DNA of 64,000 nt from an uncultured delta proteobacterium (GCA_963790475.1 CAWBOS010000012.1:64001-128000), one strand, 5' to 3'. Counted from the first letter of the stretch, positions 39,770 through 50,369 are shown. A program made the numbers and translations. Notes: a model not told the origin generated them from the sequence alone.

Positions 39770-40945
39770 TTATCTTCCCAAACTCTGACTGGCCTGATGG
39801 ACTTGGTTTATATGAGAGACAATATTTTTATTGATTACCGGCAGATCCGGGGCCTCCGGGGCGTAAGAGGCCAGGAGGTCGGAAAATCGTTCGGTCAAGG
39901 CCTCAACTGAAAACCTGCTTAAATCTTTCAGAAAAGTTTTCCTGAATCCGGAGGTTATGGACCCTTCCTTTTCTTTTATCCTTAGGCCTTCCAGGAACCC
40001 TTCCCAGGTTGAACCCAGACAATAGTCTTCGGCCCAGGTAATTTCCCCAACCCCATCCAGTCTATCCAGCCTCATTCTCAGGGAAAGATTCAACAAAAAG
40101 AAAATGAGGGCCTCTTCCTCGGACATATCCTCCGGATCGGCCAAGGGACCATATTGCCTTACCGTCACCAGCCTGACCTCAATCCGGTCTCCATCTACTC
40201 GGACCACAAAATCACCGGCCCCGTGGTGCCAGGGAAAGATCTGGTGATAAGTCCGGGGGTTGTAATAAAGGGTCAATATCTTTGAAATTTCAATATAAAC
40301 ATTTCTGGCTTGTTGTCTGGAAAGGAAGTTGGGTCTTGGGCTTCCATCCCAAAGAACCGATTTCTGAATACCATCAAAGGGATCAATGGAAAGGTGGAAT
40401 TCATGGAAACCTTCAAACCAATCGGCCAGAAACAGACTCATAGACCGTTCCTGTTTTTCAGAATCAAAGGAGGAAACGGTTCCTGCTTCATCATGAAAAT
40501 ACACCGTTGGCAACCAGGGATAGACGAAATTATCAGCCAACCATTCTAAGGCCCTGATCTCCCGAGACATGGCCGCCCGCCCTCTTTCGGTCAGGGCTAC
40601 ATTCAACCCAAATCGAGCACATCCCTGAGAGGTGATTACCTCAATTTTCGCCGGGTGATACCAATTTCCATGTTTTTCTGAATAAATCAGGATCTCTCGG
40701 ACTTCCGACGGATTTAGGGGGACAGTTAATTGCCGGCTTGCGGCTTCTTGAAGCAACCTGAAGGAATCCTTGGCCAAAATTTCATGGATAGTCTGAAAGT
40801 AAAGCTGATAAGTCCAGAAGGATTGTACTGGTTCTTCAAAATCGATTTGAGATAGTGGCAGCCGGCTATTGAGTCGATCCCGGGTAAAAGGCTTCCTCCC
40901 TAAAAGAGAAGAAGAAAGAAATGAAACGATGGGTTGACAGCTCAT
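39770..40945 (-). CDS. Hypothetical protein, possibly kinase-like fold
   Basis: Long ORF overlapping or adjacent to the TPR gene; EKHGNWYHP, WFEGFHEFH, WHHGAGDFVV. Start ATG 40945 or TTG 41005. Confidence 0.7.
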   Translation of the reverse strand: MSCQPIVSFLSSSLLGRKPFTRDRLNSRLPLSQIDFEEPVQSFWTYQLYFQTIHEILAKDSFRLLQEAASRQLTVPLNPSEVREILIYSEKHGNWYHPAKIEVITSQGCARFGLNVALTERGRAAMSREIRALEWLADNFVYPWLPTVYFHDEAGTVSSFDSEKQERSMSLFLADWFEGFHEFHLSIDPFDGIQKSVLWDGSPRPNFLSRQQARNVYIEISKILTLYYNPRTYHQIFPWHHGAGDFVVRVDGDRIEVRLVTVRQYGPLADPEDMSEEEALIFFLLNLSLRMRLDRLDGVGEITWAEDYCLGSTWEGFLEGLRIKEKEGSITSGFRKTFLKDLSRFSVEALTERFSDLLASYAPEAPDLPVINKNIVSHINQVHQASQSLGR

Positions 40946-40970
40946 CCCCCGTTCCCCGATCCTCTTTGCT

Positions 40971-41624
40971 TCAGGCTTGTTCACTGGTATTTCGATGGGA
41001 CTCAACTAATTCCAAGAACCGGGGATCTACTGAATACCCGTAAGATCTGGCCTGGTCGCAATGGGCGACTGCCTTTTGAAATTCCCCTTTTTCAAAATAG
41101 GCCAGGGCCAGATTATTATGGGCCACGGCAAAGGTAGGGGCCATTTGCAGAACCTTTTGTGAGGCCGCGATGCTTTCCTCCAAACGCCCTTGCATGTAAT
41201 AAGCGCTGCCCAGCGTGGCCAGGGCCTGGACAAATTGAGGATTAATAGCCATTGCTTTTTCCAGGGATTCAACGGCCGCCTCGATATCCCCCTGTTGTAA
41301 ATAGGCAAAGCCCAAATTCCCATGGGGCACGGAAAACCTTGGTCTGATTTTAATAGCCTCTCGGTTCAAGTGAATACACCCTTCCAAATCCCCCCGTTGA
41401 AAATAGATCCCTCCCAGATCGACATAGGCTTCGGCCAAACTGGGACTGCTTTGGATGGATTCTTTAAGTTCATGAATCGCCTCGTCCCATCGGCCTTGTT
41501 TAATAAAGGCCACCGCCAGATTATAGTGACTGGTCCCGCAGTCCGGGTTTCTGGTCAGGGACTCCTTTAATTCTTCGATATATTCTTCGGTGGTTTGAGT
41601 CCGATCCTTATTTACTGTTTTCAT
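40971..41624 (-). CDS. TPR repeat protein
   Basis: About five TPR units (HYNLA, AYVDLG, HGNLG, ALATLG, AHNNLA). Confidence 0.92.
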   Translation of the reverse strand: MKTVNKDRTQTTEEYIEELKESLTRNPDCGTSHYNLAVAFIKQGRWDEAIHELKESIQSSPSLAEAYVDLGGIYFQRGDLEGCIHLNREAIKIRPRFSVPHGNLGFAYLQQGDIEAAVESLEKAMAINPQFVQALATLGSAYYMQGRLEESIAASQKVLQMAPTFAVAHNNLALAYFEKGEFQKAVAHCDQARSYGYSVDPRFLELVESHRNTSEQA

Positions 41625-41692
41625 AACTGCCTCATAGCATTAATTTAAAATAACTCAATTATATCCCGTTCAAATATCAACCGGCGATAGTT

Positions 41693-42037
41693 CTACTTCG
41701 TTTCTTCTTTAGCCAATTCCTTTTCATACCAAATGGAAAAGGCATACATCCCTTTATAGCGGTCATCTTCATCAATCAGCCCCTTGCATATCTCCCAGGC
41801 CCCCTGGCCGAATTCGTTGCTGTAACCCGGGAAATCACAACCGGCCAAAAAGGATCGGGTTAGCTCCAGGGCCGTTCGATTCAATTTACCCTTCCGAAGA
41901 TCAATCGGATCGTTCGGTTCCATAAAAGGGTCCCAGGTATCATACCCTTTTTTCAGGATACGCGACTGAACCCTGGGGGACATCCCATCAAATATGGCTT
42001 TTTTCCTTTGTTCTTCCTCGGGGGTAAGGATAGCCAT
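41693..42037 (-). CDS. Small hypothetical protein
   Basis: GGAG RBS; GYDTWDPF.EP.DPIDLR motif; inside a co-oriented cluster. Confidence 0.7.
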   Translation of the reverse strand: MAILTPEEEQRKKAIFDGMSPRVQSRILKKGYDTWDPFMEPNDPIDLRKGKLNRTALELTRSFLAGCDFPGYSNEFGQGAWEICKGLIDEDDRYKGMYAFSIWYEKELAKEETK

Positions 42038-42116
42038 CCCCAAATACTCCTTGTAAAGATTAGCGGTTAACCGTTACTGTCTTCTGAATTTTCGCGAGGA
42101 TCGGGCAACAACCAAA

Positions 42117-42761
42117 TTAAAGTCCGAAATATTCCTCGTCATAATCGGTCAGAAGGGACGAGGAAAGGGGCACCAGCCTTTGCTCCAGGGGGGAGGTTTC
42201 AATATCGATTTCCTGCAACAGGTCCCTGGACAGCTCTAAAAGCCGGGCATTGATGATATCAAGATTGATGGTCGGATAAGCAATCCCTTCATGAAAACCG
42301 GATATGCCACAGCTATGACCCTTTCCCTGAATAGCCGCAGGAACCCCATAGACCCGGCAAGTGATGGGCCTGTTTTCATAAAGATCACAAAGACGGTTTT
42401 CATTTAAAAGAGGACACATAATGCGTTCCCGGGAAAGGAGAGAGAGAACTTCTTTTTCTTCCCGGTTTTCTTGAGTTACCATCTTATGAATTTTGCGCTT
42501 GATTCGATAGGCCTGCCGGTCTGCGGTATCGGCCCTTTCCAGGATTTCCTCCTGGTCTTTTTTCCCCAAGCCCTGGAAAAAATGGTGATTCAGATACACC
42601 GCTTCTATCAGGGTAAGATCAAAAACTGCAAAACAGCAATCACTGCATTGTCTATTGCACCGGACTTCGGCCGGGAAGGCCGTCTTGATCTTGCCAATGC
42701 CCTTTTCAACATCGGTGACCAAGGTCTCATATTTTTTAAAGGTCTGAGTGAACTTCAACAT
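42117..42761 (-). CDS. YkgJ-family cysteine-cluster (CxxxCxxCC) protein
   Basis: CNRQCSDCC, CPLL, CDLYENRPITCRVYG. Confidence 0.9.
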   Translation of the reverse strand: MLKFTQTFKKYETLVTDVEKGIGKIKTAFPAEVRCNRQCSDCCFAVFDLTLIEAVYLNHHFFQGLGKKDQEEILERADTADRQAYRIKRKIHKMVTQENREEKEVLSLLSRERIMCPLLNENRLCDLYENRPITCRVYGVPAAIQGKGHSCGISGFHEGIAYPTINLDIINARLLELSRDLLQEIDIETSPLEQRLVPLSSSLLTDYDEEYFGL

Positions 42762-42806
42762 CTCCTTAACCTTTTTCTTTTGGCTCCGAATATTGCCCGG
42801 AAAAAA

Positions 42807-44558
42807 TCAGTTATTTTTTTCTTTTTCTTTTTCCTTCAGCCGGGTCAATTTTTCCAGGTTTTCCCTGGCAAACTCAATCGTCGGGTCTATCTCCAGGGCC
42901 ATCTGAAAAAGATTAACGGCCTCGGAATAAAAACCCAACTCCCTTAGGTTGGACCCGATATTGGCGTAATCGATCCCCGAACCGGGGTCGATCTCAATAG
43001 CCCGTTCAAAGGCTTCTATAGCCTTATGGTGCTCCTTTAATTTAAAGTAACAAAAGCCCAGAGTATTGTAAATCTCTTTTTGGTCGGCATTATAGGTTCT
43101 GGCCTTATCCAGTAGCTCTATGGCCTGCTCATACCGTCCCAAATCTTTCAGACAGACCCCGATATGGCAGTAAATACTGCTCAGGTCGATATCCCGCGGA
43201 TTCCTTTGCAGGGCCTGATTAAGATATTTCATAGCCTCTTCCGGCTGTTCATTTCTTTCCAGAGCGAATCCAAGAAAAAAATGGACTTCATATCGATCGG
43301 GAAAAATCCGGATGATCTTTTGAAGTATTTCAACCGCCTCTCCGGGGTCATCCATCATGGACACCAGTTTGACCAGATGAAAAAGAAACCCCGTATCACG
43401 GGTCCTGTCCCGGAAATGGGCCCCGGGGATGATGGTATAAACGGCCGGGATTCCGAGCTTGGGATGGGTTACATTGACCACATAAGCTTCCAAGCCGACC
43501 CGGGCCAGGGCCTGAACGCAGGATTCAATTTCCTGCCGGATATTTTCATTTGAAAGATTGGGCAGGTCGGTGATCGGGATGGTCTTGGGGTTGGCCATGA
43601 CATATTGGGCCTCTTCCAACTGCTGATATTTGGGGAGAGTCGGCCGGTATCGAGTTTTACTGTTAAAGTCTCCTGACAGTTGGGCGATTTCGGTCACCGC
43701 CCGGATCAATGACTTTTCCGGATTGGGAGTGGTCCCGGCAGTGAAAACAATTTCACTTTTTTCCGGGTAGGTGGAAGGATCATAGGCAATCGAGCCCACC
43801 GTAGGGATCCCGGTATCTAAGGAAAAATCTTTAAGGAATAATTTAATCCCCAGACGATCAAATTTTTCAATCAGGTCCCTGGCCGCCGGATCGGACACCG
43901 AGGCCGGATCAATGGTCGGAGTCAGCAGCGAATCATGACTGATAACCGAAGACACATGGCGTTCGATCACCTCGCACAACCCCTGTAAAATGGCCTCTTC
44001 CAGGGTATTGCCGGCCGAAGGCCCATTATATTCGTGGATCAAGTAAAACCAGTCAATAGGAACCCACTGATCTTTTTTTTGGGTCAGGTTATGGGCCTGA
44101 ACCCAGGACAGGGGAATTTCTTCAAACACGGCCCTGATTTTATCCGGGTCTGTGGATTGATCGTAAAAACATAAGCCCAGGGCTTCAAAAGGCAGGGCCT
44201 GGTCTTTAATATTTCGGTAGGTATCTGTTATAAAAGGACGGGTTTTTATAAAATCAAAGAAACTGAACCGTTCGGCCAATTCCATCAGGGCGCTGGCTTC
44301 GGACTGTTCCGGGGTCCCCCCTTTACCCATCTGTTTCTGGGTCCCGATGATCCGGACCGCATCCCGGCCGCAAAGGCTGATGAAGATGGGGATGCCCAGT
44401 CTCCCGCTGTCAATACGGACGGTTTCTTTCAAAATATCCAGATCCACTTCCTTTAACAAGGCCCGGACCCGGCTGATGGTCTCTTGGGGTGTGCGGGATT
44501 TATCTTGATCGTAGGTGTAGGTTTTGAAACAATCTTTTAACACAATTCCGGACGACAT
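42807..44558 (-). CDS. YcaO-family ATP-dependent backbone-modifying enzyme fused to C-terminal TPRs
   Basis: MGKG..PEQSEASALMELAERFS, NGPSAGNTLEEAILQGLCEVIERH, RAVTEIAQ, then about four TPRs. Confidence 0.9.
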   Translation of the reverse strand: MSSGIVLKDCFKTYTYDQDKSRTPQETISRVRALLKEVDLDILKETVRIDSGRLGIPIFISLCGRDAVRIIGTQKQMGKGGTPEQSEASALMELAERFSFFDFIKTRPFITDTYRNIKDQALPFEALGLCFYDQSTDPDKIRAVFEEIPLSWVQAHNLTQKKDQWVPIDWFYLIHEYNGPSAGNTLEEAILQGLCEVIERHVSSVISHDSLLTPTIDPASVSDPAARDLIEKFDRLGIKLFLKDFSLDTGIPTVGSIAYDPSTYPEKSEIVFTAGTTPNPEKSLIRAVTEIAQLSGDFNSKTRYRPTLPKYQQLEEAQYVMANPKTIPITDLPNLSNENIRQEIESCVQALARVGLEAYVVNVTHPKLGIPAVYTIIPGAHFRDRTRDTGFLFHLVKLVSMMDDPGEAVEILQKIIRIFPDRYEVHFFLGFALERNEQPEEAMKYLNQALQRNPRDIDLSSIYCHIGVCLKDLGRYEQAIELLDKARTYNADQKEIYNTLGFCYFKLKEHHKAIEAFERAIEIDPGSGIDYANIGSNLRELGFYSEAVNLFQMALEIDPTIEFARENLEKLTRLKEKEKEKNN

Positions 44559-44703
44559 AGGGCGGCCTCCTAAAAACCCCTTGAAAACCTTTCAAAGGGT
44601 ATCTATAGTTTATTTGAAATACCGGGGGGGACTTCCTGCAAAATCCCATTCTTCTTAAGTTAGGCCAGGCAAGAGGGCTGACAAGAAGTTGAAACAGTAG
44701 AAA

Positions 44704-44727
44704 TCAGCCCCGCCCGGGCGGGGCTGA
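44704..44727. repeat. 24 bp perfect palindrome (REP-like)
   Basis: TCAGCCCCGCCC/GGGCGGGGCTGA. Confidence 0.7.
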
Positions 44728-44791
44728 GCTATTAAATAAGAATTTATAAATACCTGGGCTATTGCCAGAAGCTCCGGGGAGAAGAAAACTT

Positions 44792-45247
44792 ATGACCGAT
44801 TCCAATTTTGTAGTCATCACCGAGATAATACTCCAAGCCGAAAAAGATTCGGATAGGGTGGTTATCCTGAAGGAAAACAAAGACTCTGACACTTCACTAA
44901 CCATGATTTTAGGTGAATCCGAGTTCTTGGCCATTGCCAAAGAAAAAAAAATGATTCAAATCCCTCGTCCCTTGACTCACGAATTATACCTGAGCATCCT
45001 GGCCGAGACCAGGGTCGAGCTCCTACAAGTAGAAATCCATGATCTGAGGGATAAGGCTTATTGGGCCAGGGTAGTTTATCAAAAAGAAGGGATTAAGAAC
45101 ACCGCCGACGCCCGTCCCAGCGATGCCCTGGCCCTGGCCTTAAATCGTAACCTCCCGATTCTGGTCGATAAAAAATTACTCCGAAAGAAAATAACGCCCG
45201 AACAAGTTGAAATTTATAAAGACTTAATAAAGTCGGTCAAGTTTTAA
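44792..45247 (+). CDS. Bifunctional nuclease family (DUF151) protein
   Basis: PRPLTHEL and DARPSDALALAL. Confidence 0.9.
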   Translation: MTDSNFVVITEIILQAEKDSDRVVILKENKDSDTSLTMILGESEFLAIAKEKKMIQIPRPLTHELYLSILAETRVELLQVEIHDLRDKAYWARVVYQKEGIKNTADARPSDALALALNRNLPILVDKKLLRKKITPEQVEIYKDLIKSVKF

Positions 45248-45343
45248 AGGTGATCGGTACGGGTTTCTGGTGAGCACCGGCATCAATCCGTTTTTATTGG
45301 TTACCCTCATCCTCCCCTTCTTCCCGGCCTCTGGTCTGGTGCC

Positions 45344-46456
45344 TTATCTCTGATTCCTCCCACCTTGTCCCCCGGTTTCCATCCATTCCATGATTCGTTC
45401 GGCCGCAACCCGTGCACCATCGGTTCTTAGTTTGGGCTCAAGCCGGGGTTGTTTGCTGATGTTTTCCAGATAAGGTCCCCAGTGACCTGAATATAAGTCT
45501 TCCTTCGGCATATAACAACAAGCCAACTGACTTTTAATTCCTTCAACCAGAACCTGATATTCTGGGAATTCTCCCCGGTCGGAATAAATTATCGGGGTAC
45601 CATAAGAAAGACAATCGGCCACCATTCCATACCCGGGTTTGGTGATAACAAAATCGGCGGCACAAACCAGATCGGCAAAGGAAACCTCTTTTTCCTCGAC
45701 CCTCCTGAAAACAGGGGATTTCCAGTTCAAGGGGGATTTGATTAAAAACAGGTAGTCCAAAGACAACCGGCTAATCTTTTTGATTGCCGGTTCCTGCAAA
45801 TCCAAACGGCTGAAACCGATCAATCCGATTTTACGGTCTTGCGGAAGCTCAAGGCTTTGTCGAATTTCGGCTCTTTCCTTCCCGGATTTCCTGGCCACTA
45901 AGGGAATATCTTCGATCCTGCTAAAGGGGGATATCTCTGCGTGAAACGGGAGGCGTAATAAGAGGCCCCCTTCCCGGTAATAGCCAGAGATGGCCTCGGC
46001 CAGGGGAAGCCATGCCGGGTCCCCTCTCCCGTAAAAGGAATAGATCCAGTCCCAGGAAAAATTGCTGATGCCGATTGACGGCAGCCCTGAACGCGCGGCG
46101 GCGGCCAGGGGGATAAAGGGGATGTCGCAAACAATCCCGGAACAACCCTGATCTAATAGATATTTTTGCTCCTTCCGGATCAGTTCCTCCGCCGAGCTTA
46201 GTATTTTTTTTACACCCTCTTTTGTTTTTTCAAGATCGAAACGGATATTATCTATTTGATGGAGTCCCACGTCAAAACCTTCGGCAATGATCTGGACCGG
46301 ACGGGATAATCCCTCCTTAAATAAAAAAACGGGGGTGGTCGTTTTAATAATAACGGCACAACTTAACTCCAGCAATTCCTGGATGATTTGAATGGAACGG
46401 ACCGCATGACCATAACCGTGTCCGGAGATATAATAAACGATTTTAGGAGATGGCAT
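45344..46456 (-). CDS. GT-B glycosyltransferase-like protein
   Basis: YISGHGYGHAVR, SNFSWDWIY, ITKPGYG, R.EFPE. Confidence 0.8.
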   Translation of the reverse strand: MPSPKIVYYISGHGYGHAVRSIQIIQELLELSCAVIIKTTTPVFLFKEGLSRPVQIIAEGFDVGLHQIDNIRFDLEKTKEGVKKILSSAEELIRKEQKYLLDQGCSGIVCDIPFIPLAAAARSGLPSIGISNFSWDWIYSFYGRGDPAWLPLAEAISGYYREGGLLLRLPFHAEISPFSRIEDIPLVARKSGKERAEIRQSLELPQDRKIGLIGFSRLDLQEPAIKKISRLSLDYLFLIKSPLNWKSPVFRRVEEKEVSFADLVCAADFVITKPGYGMVADCLSYGTPIIYSDRGEFPEYQVLVEGIKSQLACCYMPKEDLYSGHWGPYLENISKQPRLEPKLRTDGARVAAERIMEWMETGGQGGRNQR

Positions 46457-46588
46457 GTTTAATCCCTCTCAAACCATAAGGGTCTTCGTTTTATGTATCC
46501 ACTTATTCAATAATTTCAAAATTGCATAACTCATTTTAACTATGATATATTGATTACCGGCGTTCTGAATATCGACTCTGGAGTCACC

Positions 46589-47420
46589 ATGAAGCATTAC
46601 TTACTGATCCTGACTTTGGCGGGTCTGATCATCGGGGGTCTCTTTTTCCTTGGGGATTCCAATAGACTCTGGGCCCAGGGATCCACTCGGTTCGCCCTAC
46701 AGGTGTCAGCCTATTCTACATTAGCCGCAGCCCAAAAAGAAATTGAACGTCTGAAATCTTTTAAAATGGCCACCCAGTATATGACCAGGGAGGATATTAA
46801 CCAGAAAGAATGGTTTATCGTCTATATCGGATCATTATGAGACCAAAGAGGAGGCCGCCCGACAGGGGAATCGATTAATTAAGGAAGGCATCATCCAGAA
46901 TTTCTTTATTTTCCCCATAGAAGTGAAGGAGGAATCGCTGCTTAAACCCAAAGAATTACCGGCTCCCAAACCCAAGGAGTTGCCTTCGCCTCCCCCAAAA
47001 ATCATCTCTAAAAAAGAACCCAAACAAACATTGGGAAAGAATCCGATTTATTTTGGCCCGGTCATTATTAAAGAGGAAGAATCCACGATTCTAATGACCA
47101 TCTCTCTAAGCCAAAGAATTTTTCCCAAGATTATAACCCAAAAACATGAAAATAATTCCCACCTTTTGGTTGCTTTCAAAGACATTGATAAAAGTGTGGT
47201 ACCTATTGATTTCCGGAAAGATAAAGCCCGGGCATTGTTGTCGGTAAGCTTAATGCAGAATGGTACCGATTGTACTTTTGACTTAGCTTTGAACCCGTCC
47301 TTTAATTACGAAGTGTCCCAGAATTATTTTGAAAAAGAAAAAATCTATTCATTACGAATTCGATGGGAATCAACAAAGATGGACTCTCAAAAAGTCCATC
47401 AACCGGCCGGGTACGATTAA
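46589..47420 (+). pseudogene. SPOR-domain exported protein, one frameshift near 46833
   Basis: Signal peptide and FALQVSAY..WFIVYIG continue as YETKEEAARQG in another frame into ORF 46923-47420. Confidence 0.65.
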
Positions 47421-47427
47421 GTCCCGG

Positions 47428-47544
47428 TCCCGCCTCTGGCGGGATGGAACCACTTGAATTCACTTCAAGTGTCGGGAGAGTCCCGCCGGGGCGGGATTTC
47501 CCGCCTCGAGAAAAGTCGGTTTTTTGACTTTTTAAGAGGTTCTC
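47428..47544. repeat. Cluster of REP-like hairpins
   Basis: TCCCGCC-n-GGCGGGA twice, CACTTGAA/TTCAAGTG, AAAAGTC/GACTTTT. Confidence 0.65.
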
Positions 47545-47564
47545 AATAAAGGGTCCCGATCCGG

Positions 47565-47960
47565 TTAGTGAGAAATAATCTTTATCAATATCTTCCGGGT
47601 TCTCGGACCGTCAAATTCACAAAAAAACAAGGATTGCCATTGGCCTAAAACCGGCCGGCCCTTTTCAATAATCATCGAAACCGACGATCCGATCAGGCTG
47701 GCCTTTATGTGCGCCGGCGAATTCCCTTCCCCATGACGGTAAGGGCCTTTGAAGGGGACCACATGGTTCAGGATTTTCAGGATGTCATCCTGAACACTGG
47801 GGTCGGCCCCTTCATTTATTGTGATCCCGGCTGTGGTATGAGGGCAATAGACCAGGGCCAGGCCATCGGCGATCTGGGCCTTTAAAATCACTTCTTCAAC
47901 TTTGCTGGTAATATCCAGAAATTCCGTTTGCCGTGAGGTGGAAATCGATAAGGAGATCAT
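47565..47960 (-). CDS. yjbQ: YjbQ (UPF0047) family protein
   Basis: PHTTAGITINE.AD, HGEGNSPAHIK, LGQWQ..F.CEFDGPR; ATGA overlap at 47957-47960. Confidence 0.92.
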   Translation of the reverse strand: MISLSISTSRQTEFLDITSKVEEVILKAQIADGLALVYCPHTTAGITINEGADPSVQDDILKILNHVVPFKGPYRHGEGNSPAHIKASLIGSSVSMIIEKGRPVLGQWQSLFFCEFDGPRTRKILIKIISH

Positions 47961-49207
47961 CGGGAATCCTCTCTTCTCACCCAGGCCGGAAGGATGATCC
48001 CTCCCTCCGTGGTTTGTTCTGCTGGTTGGTTTGCAGGGACAGCGCCGGCATCTTCCCTCAAGAGGGCAGTTTCCATCAACCAAACCAGTAAAGGACTGTC
48101 TTTTGCGTTTGGAGATCCTGGTTCCTGATTCATGGTGCCCGCCCAATAAACGAGGTCGGTGGCCTCTTCCCGTTTTCCTTTGAGATAATACAAGTAGGCA
48201 GCCTCTTCCAGATAACGCCGGGGGATGATCCTCTTCTCTAGAGGAAACGATTCCCGGACCGCCTGGTCAACAATAACCTTAACCCTTTCTCTCTTTTGCA
48301 TCTCATTTAATATCAGCAAACCGGTTTTAACCTCTTCAATGGTCCTTAGATAGGGCTCCAGGATCTTGGGTTCCGGGAGCAAATAAAAAATCTCCGGCGT
48401 CCTGGCTAACATTTGGAGGTCCGGAGAAATGGATTTCTTCAAGAGTTCGGGAGTCAACAGGGAATGGATAATCGGGGATTGGCCGATCATTTTTTTCCCC
48501 TCCAGAAGTTTGATGATTCCCTGGTAGGCCCGTTCATCCTCTTTGGATAACTGGGAATGCCGGTCATGGGACTCTTTCAGTAAAAAGGCCGCATGAGTTG
48601 AATCAGCCTCCAAAAAAACAAGGCCCGATCGGCGTTCCAGATCGGCGATAATGTCCTTGACCTCCCTTTTACTGATCTCTAAAGACTGCAGGCTTTCCAA
48701 CCCTTCACGGCCTATCAAGGCAAAAACAAATAATCGCTCTTTGGCCGGCTTCGGGACTAATAAACCAACCATCTGATTTCTTAACCCATCAAATTCCGAA
48801 AGATAGCCGGTTCCCTGAACGGGTTCAATTTCCCTTAGAATCCCCTCTTCATGTTTTTTTTGCTGAGCCATGGTCGAGGGAGGTTCAATTCCTTTTTGCT
48901 TAAGGAGGTAAAGGGCCCTTTTGATCCCTTTCTGAACCGGCTTGGAATGGATCCGGCGGTTCAGATCTGGCAAGAACCAGGGGAAAAAATCCCCTCCTCG
49001 GGCCATTACATTTTTTAAAAATATTTCGGCCAGGGCCGGATTTTCATCCAGTTCCCGGGCTAACCTATTAATGGTTTCAATGGCTTCGGGATCAGATTCC
49101 TTAGCGGTCAGGAGCCGATTGAGATAAGTTTCCGTTTTTTCCAGCATCTGCGGAGAAACAGAAGAAGGGCCTTTATGAAACCCAAGGGATTTTGAATTTC
49201 CGGACAT
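47957..49207 (-). CDS. Hypothetical protein
   Basis: Long helical ORF translationally coupled to yjbQ. Confidence 0.7.
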   Translation of the reverse strand: MSGNSKSLGFHKGPSSVSPQMLEKTETYLNRLLTAKESDPEAIETINRLARELDENPALAEIFLKNVMARGGDFFPWFLPDLNRRIHSKPVQKGIKRALYLLKQKGIEPPSTMAQQKKHEEGILREIEPVQGTGYLSEFDGLRNQMVGLLVPKPAKERLFVFALIGREGLESLQSLEISKREVKDIIADLERRSGLVFLEADSTHAAFLLKESHDRHSQLSKEDERAYQGIIKLLEGKKMIGQSPIIHSLLTPELLKKSISPDLQMLARTPEIFYLLPEPKILEPYLRTIEEVKTGLLILNEMQKRERVKVIVDQAVRESFPLEKRIIPRRYLEEAAYLYYLKGKREEATDLVYWAGTMNQEPGSPNAKDSPLLVWLMETALLREDAGAVPANQPAEQTTEGGIILPAWVRREDSR

Positions 49208-49402
49208 CAATCCTGTTCCTTCAAAAGAATTAAAAAGTTGCAACACAGTGGAGAAATGGTATAGAATTCAATTTATTATTTTGTCATGCTTACTCTTTAC
49301 TTGTCTATCAAAAAATGGTTTTATCAAAAGATGAGGCCATATCTTGTTTGGTGAAAGGGAAAGACCGTCAGGGCATGAACGTCATTTTTACAGGAGGGAA
49401 AT

Positions 49403-50062
49403 ATGGAACTGAAACAAGTTATTAAAGAAAGAAGGAGCGTCCGGGGATTTTTACCGAAACCTGTGTCTAAAAAAATCATAAATTCCATTCTTTCCCTGGC
49501 CGGCCACGCCCCTTCCTGGGGTAACACTCAACCCTGGGAACTTCTGGTTGTTTCGGGAGATACGGTTAAAAAACTGGGGGAGGGTTTCTGCCAAAAAGCC
49601 CGGGAACGGGCTGTTCAAACGCCTGAATTTGAAATGCCTAAATCCTTTCCTGAACCCTATTTGTCCCGTTATCGGCAGGTGGGTAAGGACCTGTTTTCGA
49701 TTTTGGACATTCAGCGGGATGACTCCGTGAAACGTGTCGAACATTCTTTAAATAATTTCAGAGGATTCGGTGCCCCGGTTTTTCTTTATTTTTTATTGGA
49801 TGAGGGCTTGAGTCCTTATGCCCTCCTGGATATCGGCCTGCTCATCCAAACCATTTGCCTGACGGCCGCAGACCAAGGTCTGGGCACCTGCATCCTGGCC
49901 GCCCTGGCCCGCTATCCGGAGGTCATCCGGACTTATCTCCCTATTCCCAAAGAGAAAAAAATCCTTATCGGGCTTGCCTTGGGATATCCGGACTGGAAAG
50001 CACCGGCCAATCGGTATCGCAGTAAGCGTGATCCCTTGGCCAATTGGGTTACCTGGATTTAG
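49403..50062 (+). CDS. Nitroreductase family protein
   Basis: RRSVRGF, APSWGNTQPW, GLGTC, GLALGYPD. Confidence 0.93.
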   Translation: MELKQVIKERRSVRGFLPKPVSKKIINSILSLAGHAPSWGNTQPWELLVVSGDTVKKLGEGFCQKARERAVQTPEFEMPKSFPEPYLSRYRQVGKDLFSILDIQRDDSVKRVEHSLNNFRGFGAPVFLYFLLDEGLSPYALLDIGLLIQTICLTAADQGLGTCILAALARYPEVIRTYLPIPKEKKILIGLALGYPDWKAPANRYRSKRDPLANWVTWI

Positions 50063-50077
50063 ACAGTCAACCCTAAA

Positions 50078-50112
50078 AACAAAAGCCAACCTTCGTCAGG
50101 TTGGCTTTTGTT
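50078..50112. terminator. Bidirectional intrinsic terminator
   Basis: AACAAAAGCCAACCT-loop-AGGTTGGCTTTTGTT between convergent genes. Confidence 0.8.
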
Positions 50113-50369
50113 CAAGGAAAGGAGATAAAGAGATTTATTTTCTTGACAATAGATACTGCAAATCAGATGCCAACAGAACAACAAAGAGATAATTATTATA
50201 TAATAATTTGATTTAATTAAATAAATTTATTATATCCCTCTTCTCTTAAATGGCCGATCCAATGCCTTTCAGTAAAAATTTTTTTACTGAAAATGGGTAG
50301 TCGCTGGCGCCAAAATTTTAACATATTGAATTTATTAGACATAATAAGTAAAAATATTTTTACTATCTT

